DNA from: Novakomyces olei | Lineage: Eukaryota | Assembly: GCA_016906335.1 (NCBI GenBank) | Contig: JADEYG010000012.1 | Location: 930,001 to 994,000, forward strand | Length of the DNA: 64,000 nucleotides | Direction: 5' to 3' | Shown: positions 24,731-35,993 of the stretch, one piece after another | Layout of the letters: every line of letters starts with the position of its first letter | Numbering within the stretch: the stretch's first letter is position 1 | Position numbers and translations under genes: made by a program | The notes under the pieces: model-generated | Databases searched by the model: none | Seen by the model: only the letters and a program-made list of their open reading frames with translations | Told to the model about the DNA's origin: nothing

Positions 24731-27700
24731 CTATTGCTCATTATTCTCAGTTCCCCCGCCGAGTAAATCCATGTGGGAGAAATACCCCACCATACTATTC
24801 CCGTCGCCCTGCAATCCTAAACTCCCAACACTGCTCTCTCCACCACCCACTTCGCCTGCACCAGAAGGATCAGGATTATGTGCCATTGCCGCGGCAAACT
24901 GTGCTATATCCAACTCTCCCAGTCCCTGATTGGGGCCCCCACCAGGAGGGAAAAACTGGGCAACATTAGCATACTCGGACCCATGATTATGATGATCGAG
25001 CATTGTATGATCCATTCCGGTTTCTACCGACTGATGCAAAGGAGAAGGGTTACTTAAAGGTGCAGCAAAAGGTGACTTTTTCAATTGTTGGGCAGCCTGA
25101 GCTTGCTGCTGAGGCTGAGTTTGTCTTAAACTTTGATTTCCTGGCGGAGATAAAGCAGAAGCTCGACTTCCCGGCTCATTAAAGCTTGCAGAAGAATTGC
25201 TGGCATGCATACTGACAGCTGACATGGTCGGTGAGCCTCGATGACTTATCAGTCCGTGGTTGACCATTGCGTTATGAAGTCCCATTGCAGTCGGAGGCGA
25301 GTGCAATTGACCTGCAAGATCCCCACCCAGGTCTTGTCCTCCCGCAATTGGTGAAATTGCTCCACTAGCAAGAACACTTTGGGGTACAGAATTGTTGTTA
25401 GTAGTAGCCACGCTTGGAGCAGCTGTAGGGTTTGTGCTTGTATTATTACCAGCAGCAGCAGCAGCAGCTGCTGCTGCCATTAACCACGGCGTAGAAGCAT
25501 GTGAATTGCCTTCATAGTCAGCTGGAACACTAAACGTTCCGTATTGCTGCTGCTGGGCTTGCTGTTGGGCTTGCTGTTGGGCTTGCTGTTGGGCTTGCTG
25601 GTTATATGATAAGCCCATTATTGCACTGGGAGACGGATTGTGTTGTTGAGTCCCATGGTTAAGAGTTGCAGGATCAAAGTCCAGGAAATTGTGTAAATGC
25701 TGAGCAGAATCGTGTGGAGAAGGCTCATGCTGCTGCTGCTGCTGCTGTTGGTGTTGTTGTTGCTGAGCGGCGAGAGCATCAAAAGGCACAAAAATAGGAG
25801 CAGAATGGCTTCTTGACCGTTGATGGAACACTGGCCTTCTCAGGTACGGGCCGTAATTCTCTCCCTCATTCTGAATCTGTTGAGTGGGCTGAGCGTGTTG
25901 CTGAGTGGGCTGTTGCGGGTATTGGCTCTGTTGCGGGTATTGGGTGGGCTGTTGCGGATATTGATTTTGTGGCGGGTATTGGTTTTGTTGCGGGTATTGA
26001 GTGGGCTGTTGCGGGTACTGAGTGGGCTGTTGCGGGTACTGAGTGGGCTGTTGCGGGTATTGGGTGGGCTGTTGCGGGTATTGAGTGGGATTTGCTTGAT
26101 GTTGAGCTGCCTGTCTGTCTTGCTGATGCTGTTGCTGCATATTTAAAGATGTCTGATCTTGACCCGCACCGAGGAAAAACGTGGCAGGTTGGTTCTGGCC
26201 CTGAGCTATCCTAGCCGAGCCCAGGCTTGGAGAGGAGGCTGCTGAGGGAACAGTACTACTAGGCAAGGACATGCCGTAAGCCATATCAGGATTCGTAGTG
26301 TAAGCACTCGAGGGTAGAGCGTTAGAGTGCAGAATATGTTCTGATTTGGAGGACTGTAAAACGTCGGGAAACTCGTTGTACTTTATAACTGCCCCTAACT
26401 CGGGAACAGCGTCAGCTAATTGCTTTAGCTGAGCCTTTAGTGAAGCTGCATTTCCCGTAATTGTGTGAACCATAACCTTACTCGCCTGTGCGTCCTCTGT
26501 GAAATCAGAACAACGCTGCCAATGACCGCTTCCGTCCTTTTCAATGGCAAATTGAGGCGGAATACTCAGCTTAAAATTAACCCTAATTGTAGGGTTAAGT
26601 TGAGCGACAGGCGGGCCGTCCCGGACAGTTGACCTGTGCATTGAAGCAATTGGGCACATTTCAATATGCTCAATAATATTAAAGGGGTAATGGATCATGA
26701 ACCCGTTGGGCTCTGCATGAATATAATATCGAAATCGCTTTTCGCTCAATGAATATGAGCACACCAAGTCCGATGTGGAACAGCTTATCCGTCTCCAGGT
26801 TCCAATTGTCAGCGACCGGCAAGCGAGTTGGGTTACACTAGGATTAGACTCTGCTTGAATAGGTGCGGATTCGCTGCCTGAGCCAGCAGGCATAGTCCGC
26901 AAGTCTATTCCAGTGCCGCCAGCGGCACTGCTGCTATTGTCTTTTCCTCCTAATAAACTGAAATGATCTGATGGTGGGCTAGAAAGCCAAGAATTTGGGC
27001 TCTGAGCCGAACTCATGTCGAAGTTGAACGCACGGGGGGTATCTGACATGCTGCTAGATCTCATTGGCATTCGTGGAACAAAATTACCGCCTGATTGTTA
27101 GAATAAGGTTGATGACAAAGGTAGTTGGCCAGAACTAATTATTCTAGAATAAACGTGTTGCGCGTGTGTTGAAAACAAAACGAGAAATGAAAGCGAAATA
27201 ATTAAATCATAATGAAAGGTTGGGCTTTATGCAAACAGTATGATGTAGCAACTAGTGAAGTGGACAGACTGAACATTTTATAGAAGAGAGCGTAAACGCC
27301 TCTTCTCATATGAAAAAGCATGATACATCTTTATTGAAAGAAATGTAAATTGAAAACAACATCGAAGAGCTAAATCAAAAAAATAAAAAAATAAATAAAA
27401 TAAAATAAAACCGGGCAAGGCAAACCCCTGCAGGAAGAAAACGTATCGCACGAATGCAAGCATACCATTAGCAGGCGTCATACTAAGCGGCCCAGAGATA
27501 GGCGAAGTGTCGTAAGCACCAGGGTCTGTAGGTTTACGTGTTAAGCTCTTGAGTTTAGCACGTCGATTCTGAAACCATATTTGCACGCTTCTCTCCGTCA
27601 TTTGAATCTGATTAGATAAGATCGCTCGAGCTTGAGCGTTTGGATTAGGGTTAACAGCAAACGTCTGTTCCAATACTGCCAGCTGATCAGGTGTGGCCCT

Positions 27701-27910
27701 TTGCCGTTTATTGTTCACTTGTTGCTGAGTTAAATGGCCACTGATCTTTGTACCACTCCGAGAATTTGATCGGCTCCGGCCATTGTTGTTGCCCGCTCCA
27801 TTACCGCCTAATCCTGGTGCCGGTGTAGAGGGGAACGAAGCCGACATATCGTCCGAGGCTATCGACACGGGAGTGTCTGCATTTGAAACAGAAGCACCCG
27901 TGTCCGACAT
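24731..27910 (-). CDS. Homeodomain transcription factor, Phx1/Pah1/Hoy1 type; one intron ~27091-27466
   Basis: KRQRATPDQLAVLE...MTERSVQIWFQNRRAK in exon 1; family domain CRSLTIGTWRRI...CSDFTEDAQASKV in exon 2; GTATGC donor and CTAAC..CAG acceptor keep frame. Confidence 0.9.
25902..26089 (-). repeat. Coding 21-bp tandem repeat encoding (PTQYPQQ)n
   Basis: Repeats of GAGTGGGCTGTTGCGGGTAYT on + strand; visible in the translation. Confidence 0.95.
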
Positions 27911-28694
27911 TGCGGGCTAAGCTGCAATGCTTAAGCGCCGCTCCACAAGGGAGGCTGATGAGAGCTGTTTTCGTAGATATAAATTATATTGTTTTACAAT
28001 TTATACAAACTGCTTTTAAATCAGGCACCGGCCGAGCATTAGCGGAGATAAGCAAACGCTAAAGACAACCAACTTTGAAAAAGTCGGTGCTTCTTGCTGC
28101 GACTTCCCGACAACGTGCCTTCTTTGCTGTAATTTATTTAAATTAATTTGGTGCCGAGAGCTTCTTCCGCCTGATCTCCGTTATTTCATTTGCTGTTTTT
28201 AACGCTCGTATATTTCGGATTCTGTTAATCTATGACTGAAGTATTTAGCCGGTGCGCAAGCATAGTATATTTGTCCCTTCAATTAATGTATGCGCAGTAT
28301 ATATGCGGCGTTAGTATGCGCCGTTGGTTGCGTGCGCCAACAGACCCACAGCCTTACTTGTACAATATAACTGTCTTACTTATCTACTGTGGTATGTAGT
28401 GTTATTTCTATTGCTATGGTAAAGGGTCTTGCAGTTACTTGAAATATATATATGCAATGCTATTTGATCGAGTTTCTATACAAATTCGAATTGCGGTTTT
28501 TTCGACTAAATTCAAATACTTTAGAGACGGCAAATTGCTCATCCCTCATTGTCTCAGGCGTACACCAGACGCAGCAGACTCGTTGAAAAAAAATCCTTAT
28601 AAATCAGTCCTGCAAAATGTAAAAAAAAAAAGACTCCTTTGAAATTTGCCAAATGTAATTGTACTCTGAAACCATGTTTGCCTTAAGAATTTTG

Positions 28695-28740
28695 GCCCCG
28701 CCTGGCCCCCACATGCCCCCACATGCCCCCACATGCCCCC
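28695..28740 (-). repeat. 10-bp repeat (GGGGGCATGT on minus strand), G-quadruplex-competent, just past the flippase stop
   Basis: + strand CCCCC runs at 28706, 28716, 28726, 28736 plus CCCC at 28696. Confidence 0.85.
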
Positions 28741-28776
28741 ATCTAATTTTACACTTCCATATCGCTCGCTAATTAA

Positions 28777-31700
28777 TCAATCCACCTGCCGCACGCGTAT
28801 AGGCGTTGGCTGTTTCAGTAATGTATCTCCGGCTGCATGGGCAGAAGAACCTTGAATAGTACCAGACGTACTCGCTACAGAACAAGAGCTAGACCCAGTA
28901 ACCCCACTTGTTCTACTTTGTTCTTCCCCCGTTGCTGCCTCTTCGTCTGTATGAAGCCTTCTTTGCTCCAGTAGTTCTATAATGTCCTTATCGTCATCAG
29001 CCATGCCGGGTCCTTGTCCGGCCCAGCCGGCTTGGAGGACTGGAAAGCTTTCTTCCTGCATTCGTCGGCGGGCGAATGGATCCTTCTCCAGTTCGATGAA
29101 CAGGTCCTCCTCTGTCGGCCGTACAATCTGCCTAGCTTGTCGAATAAACGCGTCCCACAGTTGAGTAGCCATCACGGTAAAGATTAGGGTTAGCCACCAA
29201 GTAGGACTGACGCCAAAATGCTCAAACATATTTAGCCTGACAGAGTATGCGCTAGAGGGAGCAGAAGAGACGGCCAGCAGGATACAAAAAAGAAACCAAC
29301 CCCCCACAGAGATAAAGGCAGCCGCATTGTTGACATAAGTCCAGCCGTGCCATTCCACATAAAGCGTTTTCAACACAACTGTAATCTCCACACTAGTGTA
29401 AATGAGCGTCCCGTATGAGTAAAGGTCATTGACATCCAATGCAGGCCGGCCAAACAGAGCAAAGACTACAAACTGGGTACAAAACCCCTGGGAAACAGCT
29501 ATAAACATCCAGGCAAAGACTTTGATGACATTCAAGCCCCGACTACGCTGGCCAAAGGCGTACAGTTCAGGAGCTGCTATCAGCGTAGACGCACTCAGAT
29601 CCTTTTCAAAGATCCCAATACCGATAACCGGCAGCGAGGTGAAGAGGGTATTGAACATTGACTGGGACCAGGACTCGAAGAGGCTTGTCCCCGAGTAGGC
29701 ATTAAAGCCTTGGTAAATAGCCTGCATACCGTAAAACAAAAACTCCTTGTAAAAAGTACTCAGAGTATACTTTGCAATACGATTGTACATCCATCGGCCA
29801 TGAACAAGCATGAGCTTTGAAAGGAACCTGAACTGTCCAATCGAATAGTCTGAAGATCTAACAGCCTGGCGGCCTTCCTTCCCAGCAATACCAATGCCCA
29901 CATGAGCCTCTTGGATCATGGCTATATCATTGGCCCCGTCGCCAATAGCCAGGGTGACTGCTGACGGGACAAACCGTCTTGTTTCCCTCACCATTGTGGC
30001 CTTCTGACTCGGACTGGCTCGGCAGCAAATAACTGCATGAGTACTGACTGCCAGTTCCATGAAAAGAGTCAGCAGAGTCGGATCCTGTTCAATCACAGCC
30101 AGAGTTTCCCCATCAACAACTACAACCATATGAGCAATTTCTCTGTCATGCTTCAAGTTGAAAATTGCCTCCACTATAACATGGGCCAGATCCCGGTCTC
30201 CATCTTGCTGCTGACAACTGATGGGGACAATAGTGCTAAAGTCTTTAATCAGCCGACAAGACTTGCCAATATTTAGGGCAGTTTCCCTTTTGTCTCCGGT
30301 CAGCATCCATACTTTAACGTTTGCCCTTCGCAAACGATCAATAGTCTCGGGGACTCCATGCTGCAGCCTGTCCTCAACTGCAATGGCTCCACTTACTTGG
30401 AAATTATTCTCCAGCAAATCTGCCACCTCCTCCATACTTTCGGCCCGTGATTGTCCCGCCATACTAGTCTTTGCCTCGTTATAAGCACGGGCCCAGCCTT
30501 CATACTCGGCAGCAGTAATGAATTTGTGAGCGTACAGCAGAGTACGGAACCCTTCCACTGCATACGCATCAATTTGCCGAAATGTTTGCTCCAAGACTGC
30601 TTCGTCATTGAGCACGAGATCTTCGTCAATTGTGGCTGCTTCAGAGCGGCAATTAGGGTCAGATATTGGGTCCGTATAATCAGAAAACCCTTGGTTAGCT
30701 CTAGTGCGGAGATTGTGCAGCGACCTGTTTTCTCCACTACCAGATAGCAGGCGTAATTGCCCACTTGAAGAAGCATTGCCACCGGCACTATTGAGCGGAG
30801 GCGTATAATACTCCCCATAGGCTATAGAATGACGAGGCAATTCAAACGAAGAGGTAGAAATCCCATTTCTTTCCCAGATAGCATTGCTGTTTCGGCTCTT
30901 CAGCCATCCATCCAACTGCACTGCTGGGCTCAACAGAGAGTTACTTACGTTGCTCGGCCGGGCAACTAGTCCAGAGGCTCTTGAGTCAGATACTGCCGAT
31001 TGAGCAATTGCTTGCTCTGCATCGTGACTGCGTTGCAAGTCATGTTGCCGCGAGACATTAGCCGCGATTCTTAGGGCCGAGTCACGTAGTTTTAACCTGT
31101 TCATTACAGCCGAGTCTGCGCCCTTTGTAAACACACATATCCGGCCGTCTGGTAATCGCACCACAACCGACATGCGTTTACGCTTACTTGAAAACTCTAC
31201 GATATCAAGAATCTCGTAGGTTTCGAGGACGGGTGCATTATTGAAGCCGTTTGGGTACGTTCTCAGGGCAATTGACTTGCGAGACCGGTCCATTACTATG
31301 TATCCCAACTCTCGGCCGGCCGTTACAATAGCCTCTTCGTCAGGAGAAGGCGATTGGTAAACGATACGATCCTCTTCGTCAAACGTTCTACTGATCCTCG
31401 AACTCGACTGGTCAGATTGCTGATCAGATTGCTGGTCAGAATGCAGGTCAGACTGCTGATCAGAGGTAATACTACGATCAGAATGATCGACCCAGCATGT
31501 GTGGCAGAGAACCATACCCAGGAGAAAGGTTCTAGCCCGCCTGGCAAATAATGTATGAGGATTCTCTTGCAAGTAGCGTAGAAGAGCGACCGTCGTTGAC
31601 TCTGAACCTTCTACTCGTGAAGCAGACACAGGTGTGCCCAGCACATAGTCCATATACGGTCGACGACCAGTAGTGCTGGAAACATTAGACGGCCTGAAAT

Positions 31701-33696
31701 AATCATAGTCAATAGCATGAGAGCCTCCAAAGGTCCGGGCACGGCGAATGCTCTTTACTCTAGGCTTGGTCCTGTGCTTTTTAGGATTTTTATGGCTTCC
31801 TTTAATATTGCCAGCTTTATCATCGCTGTCGGAAGTAGAGCTTGCGGGCACTGATTGCCGCGTATCACATACGTGAGCGAACGAATGGCCCGCAATACTA
31901 AGCTTACGGAAAAGCATTAGATTGTCTGTTAAAGTCCCCGTTTTATCGGAAAAGACATGAGTAACTTGGCCCAGATCCTCGTTGATTGAAGCTGTCCTGG
32001 GCTCACAGGGCGTATTAGAAATAGCATCATACATGTCCACATCCTGTCCAAGAAACCAGATTTGGAACAGCTTAACGATCTCCATACTTACGTACAGTGA
32101 TAGGGGGACCATTGTATTATACAAAATGATAAACGTCACGATAGAAGTCGGAAAATTTATGCTCGTCTGCTTCAAGTACCAAGTTCCTGCACTGTTCTTG
32201 GCGTTCCAAATCCTAAAGGCAACTGCACACATCACGGAAAGCAGGATGACAATGCAAACGATAATAAATACAATTTTATTCGTCGTTGCTTGGATCCGGG
32301 GAGCTTTCGTCCTCAGGTTTTTTAGCGCATTCATACGCAGTTTTGTCTCCTCACCCGTGAAAATAGCAACTCCCCACATTTTTCCATTGCTGCGTACGAC
32401 ACTTCCACGATAAATAACGTTTTCATTGTTTAATGGACGGTAAGCACCAACATCATCGTCTTGCACTGCATTATTTCCCACGTCCCGCTCATTGTCAAAT
32501 CGTATGCTTGCATCAAAACTAAACAAATCACGGTTCGGACTCTCGTAGCGTAAACGCGCTTTTAACTTGGTAAAGCTCTCGCGAGTTTTGTAGTTCGCTG
32601 TGGGCACATGACGCGCTTTCAAAGAAGACTCTCCGTCTAATGCTGCAGTTTCGATATACACAATATCATCAGAACTTTCCGCCCCCAAGACCAATAGGTC
32701 GACGGGGACCCAATCGCCCGGTGAGCATTCAACTATATCTCCCACACATAAATCTTTCCATAGTGTTTGAACTGGCACAGCTGCCTCGTCTAACCTAAGC
32801 GCAGCTTGCCTATTCTCTGCCTTGTCCTGCCGATACCGACGGAAATCGTCATAGCCTTCACGAGAAATCGCGAGGCAAATAAATATCATTAGGGGAATGA
32901 TTGTGGTATAAGTGCCCGTGGTCGATAAACCCGGAATCATTTGGAGAATAGAAATGCACAGAAAGTAGCAGTTGGCCAGTTTTGAAAACTGCGCTAGTAT
33001 TTGACAAGGTAAAAAAGTGTAAAAGGTGTAGCGGGCAGTTGTGACTGTATTATCAACGTACGGCCGACCCGTGAACCCGTCTATTGCTGGCCTGGGAGCT
33101 TTAAGGTCGACATCGATTTCGCGTGGCTGAGTTTGATTCCCGCAAGCGCGCTTGTCTCGAAAAAGTATGGATGAGAGAATGGCCCTTTGCACCCGGTCAC
33201 GTAAACCAAATACAGTGGCAAAAGGTGAAGATCTTCGTCTCTCTTTCTGTGCTCTCGCAGTGATAATCTGTCGGATTCTAGCATCGTTAATAAAACTAGA
33301 ACTGGTACGCTTTGGAGATTCGTCTCTGGCAGCTTTTCCGTCTTTTGCTGGATCTTCAGTCGAAGAGATCTCTGACATTGGAATATGTTCCTTGCCCGTT
33401 TCAGGCTGCGTCGTCTCTTCAGGCTCTTTGTTCCTTTGCAGAACCATACGCAGAAGCGAATTCACCCTTGGCCTGTTTGGTACAGCGTTTGAAGCTGCAG
33501 CAGAGATGCCTCTAGAGCCGTTTTCCCGTCCTGGTTCCAGGGTCTGTGGCCGATGCTCAAGCTCAGATGAAAAGCGAACATGAGGCCGTGCAGGCCGACC
33601 GTCTTGGACATTAGTATCGATACTTAGCTCCGGCCGGCCGCTAGGGGCGCTCGCGTTTTCCATAGAGTGTTGGTTTGGTGTGAATGGAGACGTCAT
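28777..33696 (-). CDS. DNF3: P4-type ATPase phospholipid flippase, Dnf3-like
   Basis: LDGES, FSDKTGTLT phosphorylation motif, SPDE, FSSKRKRMS, WMLTGDK, AIGDGANDIAMIQ; YTTIIPL; Dnf3 subfamily inferred. Confidence 0.9.
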   Translation of the reverse strand: MTSPFTPNQHSMENASAPSGRPELSIDTNVQDGRPARPHVRFSSELEHRPQTLEPGRENGSRGISAAASNAVPNRPRVNSLLRMVLQRNKEPEETTQPETGKEHIPMSEISSTEDPAKDGKAARDESPKRTSSSFINDARIRQIITARAQKERRRSSPFATVFGLRDRVQRAILSSILFRDKRACGNQTQPREIDVDLKAPRPAIDGFTGRPYVDNTVTTARYTFYTFLPCQILAQFSKLANCYFLCISILQMIPGLSTTGTYTTIIPLMIFICLAISREGYDDFRRYRQDKAENRQAALRLDEAAVPVQTLWKDLCVGDIVECSPGDWVPVDLLVLGAESSDDIVYIETAALDGESSLKARHVPTANYKTRESFTKLKARLRYESPNRDLFSFDASIRFDNERDVGNNAVQDDDVGAYRPLNNENVIYRGSVVRSNGKMWGVAIFTGEETKLRMNALKNLRTKAPRIQATTNKIVFIIVCIVILLSVMCAVAFRIWNAKNSAGTWYLKQTSINFPTSIVTFIILYNTMVPLSLYVSMEIVKLFQIWFLGQDVDMYDAISNTPCEPRTASINEDLGQVTHVFSDKTGTLTDNLMLFRKLSIAGHSFAHVCDTRQSVPASSTSDSDDKAGNIKGSHKNPKKHRTKPRVKSIRRARTFGGSHAIDYDYFRPSNVSSTTGRRPYMDYVLGTPVSASRVEGSESTTVALLRYLQENPHTLFARRARTFLLGMVLCHTCWVDHSDRSITSDQQSDLHSDQQSDQQSDQSSSRISRTFDEEDRIVYQSPSPDEEAIVTAGRELGYIVMDRSRKSIALRTYPNGFNNAPVLETYEILDIVEFSSKRKRMSVVVRLPDGRICVFTKGADSAVMNRLKLRDSALRIAANVSRQHDLQRSHDAEQAIAQSAVSDSRASGLVARPSNVSNSLLSPAVQLDGWLKSRNSNAIWERNGISTSSFELPRHSIAYGEYYTPPLNSAGGNASSSGQLRLLSGSGENRSLHNLRTRANQGFSDYTDPISDPNCRSEAATIDEDLVLNDEAVLEQTFRQIDAYAVEGFRTLLYAHKFITAAEYEGWARAYNEAKTSMAGQSRAESMEEVADLLENNFQVSGAIAVEDRLQHGVPETIDRLRRANVKVWMLTGDKRETALNIGKSCRLIKDFSTIVPISCQQQDGDRDLAHVIVEAIFNLKHDREIAHMVVVVDGETLAVIEQDPTLLTLFMELAVSTHAVICCRASPSQKATMVRETRRFVPSAVTLAIGDGANDIAMIQEAHVGIGIAGKEGRQAVRSSDYSIGQFRFLSKLMLVHGRWMYNRIAKYTLSTFYKEFLFYGMQAIYQGFNAYSGTSLFESWSQSMFNTLFTSLPVIGIGIFEKDLSASTLIAAPELYAFGQRSRGLNVIKVFAWMFIAVSQGFCTQFVVFALFGRPALDVNDLYSYGTLIYTSVEITVVLKTLYVEWHGWTYVNNAAAFISVGGWFLFCILLAVSSAPSSAYSVRLNMFEHFGVSPTWWLTLIFTVMATQLWDAFIRQARQIVRPTEEDLFIELEKDPFARRRMQEESFPVLQAGWAGQGPGMADDDKDIIELLEQRRLHTDEEAATGEEQSRTSGVTGSSSCSVASTSGTIQGSSAHAAGDTLLKQPTPIRVRQVD

Positions 33697-34847
33697 CCCA
33701 TTCTAAACCGCGATACGAGAATTTAGCCTTTGGCAGCAATTGTTAATTGTGTGGCAGTTATAATGGCGTGAATATCATGTATCTTGTGCTTTACTGCTGA
33801 GGCACAAGGCAGGAAATATGATACGGTAACGACGAGGGAACAGACAAAGTCTGACTGAATAAAACACACCAAACGCGTCGGTTTTCACGAGACAAAGACG
33901 GCCACGATTGAAACCAGAATTTATCAGTGTCACACGCTTCAACTTGTTCTCACGAGTATTTTACCAAACTGCTAAACGATCAAGACGGAGGGCACACAGA
34001 TACATAAACAAAACTGACGTATGCTTCGCACAGGTCCGTTTCAAATGTTTAGCCGCTTCAAGGAACTAAAGTCCTGCACAAAGCTTTTAATCGTCACCGA
34101 AAAAAATGAGCAATGATCGCCTGTACATTCGCTCTCCACACGCGATATTGTACTTAAGTATCCTCGGCACGACTTGTCAATTACAAGCGCTTAGGCAGCG
34201 GTTTCAATCAAATGCAATAGCAAAAAAAAAAAAAAAATTAAAAGGAGCAATTGTCAATGCGACAGTCAAGCGAGCGTAATGAAGCCGATAGGCAATTTGA
34301 CCAGCTCTGAGGATTGAGGAGCTCGGCTATGTGCCTCTTTCAGATTTGAGGCTTGGCTCCTTTTGGGAAAGTGTAATAATGGGATAATTACTCTTACTCG
34401 AGGTGCTACAGCCCATACGTTATTTGCACAAGCTCTCCATAATAAACGCGATATAATTATTGTATACTTTACTTTTGCAGACGTTAATGATTATTTTTGA
34501 AACATTAAATCTACTAATTCAGACGTTGGCGCAGTATATAACCCAACCCGTTCACTATATATAATGCAATATGATATCTCTTATAAAATGCATATGATAT
34601 CAAATTTAGAATTAAATCTGCCGTAAACTGATGGCATCCAAACAAGGGCCTTTTGACAATTTCTACAATAATATTCAATAAGGTAAACATTATTGCAAAG
34701 TCCAAACAACGGTGCCAAACTCATTTTGCTTTGAAAATTGCTTAAAGCAAATGAAGCCCTTGTAGCGCATGAGCGCAGCCCATTGCCATTATCACGCGAA
34801 TGCAAAACAGGTTTAGAAAAGCAGACACTTTTCCAATGTTCAATTTT

Positions 34848-35792
34848 TCACATATCCTCCTGTGCCCATGCCCTTGACTCTTGCTGTCTGTGTACACGCT
34901 CATTAATAGCACGCAAGTATCGCGTCTCAAACCCGTTTCCTCGGTCAACTCCGTCCCAACGGTATCCTGGCGCGATTCCAAATCGATTTGGTGGCGCGTA
35001 GCCCTTGTATGCTAGAGCATTACTTTTCCGTTTCGACAGGAATCCAGCAGCTGGATCATCACGAAGCTGCCGGCCCTTAAGCTCTGCATTCAGCTCTGGA
35101 TCATCGGCATACCGGGCAATTCCACTAGCCCGGGCTTGAGCCAACCGCTCCTTTTGCTCTTCCTTCTCACGCTGTTGCACTAAACCGCCCTGTAAAGCTT
35201 TTTCACGTCTTTTAGCCTCTTCTTCCAATAGCAATTGCCTTCGCATTTCCTCTCGGCGCATTGCAATATCTACACGTCTCCCTGTAGCATCACGGTACAC
35301 TGTTTCTGCTCCACGACCAGTCGATTCCGCGTCCGCTGCCGCAAACTCAGCCAGCTCTTTCCGTTTCTTCCTTTCCAACTGCTCCGATACTGCTGAAGCA
35401 GATTGCAGTCCCGCGTGTGCTCCGCTTTCCATAACCACAGGATTAGAGCTGTGGTCTGTATCTTCATTATTAATGCCTGTATTGTCGGCAAGAGCCTCTG
35501 AGCTGTTTGCGTCCGTACTTGCAGATTGTGTCGATATGGTGCTGGTCTCTTTAGAGGCTCCGACTGTTGACCATTTGCTTCGTCTCTCGCCCAGATCATG
35601 CTGATCTTTACCACTCGTAGCCTTCTTTTCTTTATTCTCGCGCCGCCTTCGTCGCTGCTCTTGTTGCTGCCGTTTCAGCTCTTCGTCATAGTCCACTACG
35701 CGGCTTGTGTCAGTGTGCTTTTTACGCCGTTTGGGCTCGGGAGACTCTGAGTTTAGGTATTGTTTGCTGATATACTCTTGCAAGGACGTCAT
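34848..35792 (-). CDS. BUD13: RES complex splicing factor Bud13/Cwc26
   Basis: MESGAHAGLQ, ETVYRDATGRR, YKGYAPPNRFGIAPGYRWDGVDRGNGFE. Confidence 0.96.
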   Translation of the reverse strand: MTSLQEYISKQYLNSESPEPKRRKKHTDTSRVVDYDEELKRQQQEQRRRRRENKEKKATSGKDQHDLGERRSKWSTVGASKETSTISTQSASTDANSSEALADNTGINNEDTDHSSNPVVMESGAHAGLQSASAVSEQLERKKRKELAEFAAADAESTGRGAETVYRDATGRRVDIAMRREEMRRQLLLEEEAKRREKALQGGLVQQREKEEQKERLAQARASGIARYADDPELNAELKGRQLRDDPAAGFLSKRKSNALAYKGYAPPNRFGIAPGYRWDGVDRGNGFETRYLRAINERVHRQQESRAWAQEDM

Positions 35793-35847
35793 GTTGCAGC
35801 TGATATCGACGTTATCGATCAACCTAACGCAATGTTTAATTGATTTG

Positions 35848-35926
35848 TTATTTATTATTTATTATTTATTATTTATTATTTATTATTTATTATTTATTAT
35901 TTATTATTTATTATTTATTATTTATT
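35848..35926. repeat. 7-bp AT-only repeat (TTATTTA)n in the ~200 bp divergent BUD13/TFG1 promoter
   Basis: Directly visible. Confidence 0.92.
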
Positions 35927-35993
35927 TAATCTATTCATTGCATTAATACGAATAAAATCAACAAATCAAAAATGCACTAAACCCACATAAACC

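Noticed and set aside
26577-26598. Inverted repeat TTAACCCTA-ATTG-TAGGGTTAA
   Set aside because: Inside coding sequence (LNPTIRVN); single short instance, plausibly chance.
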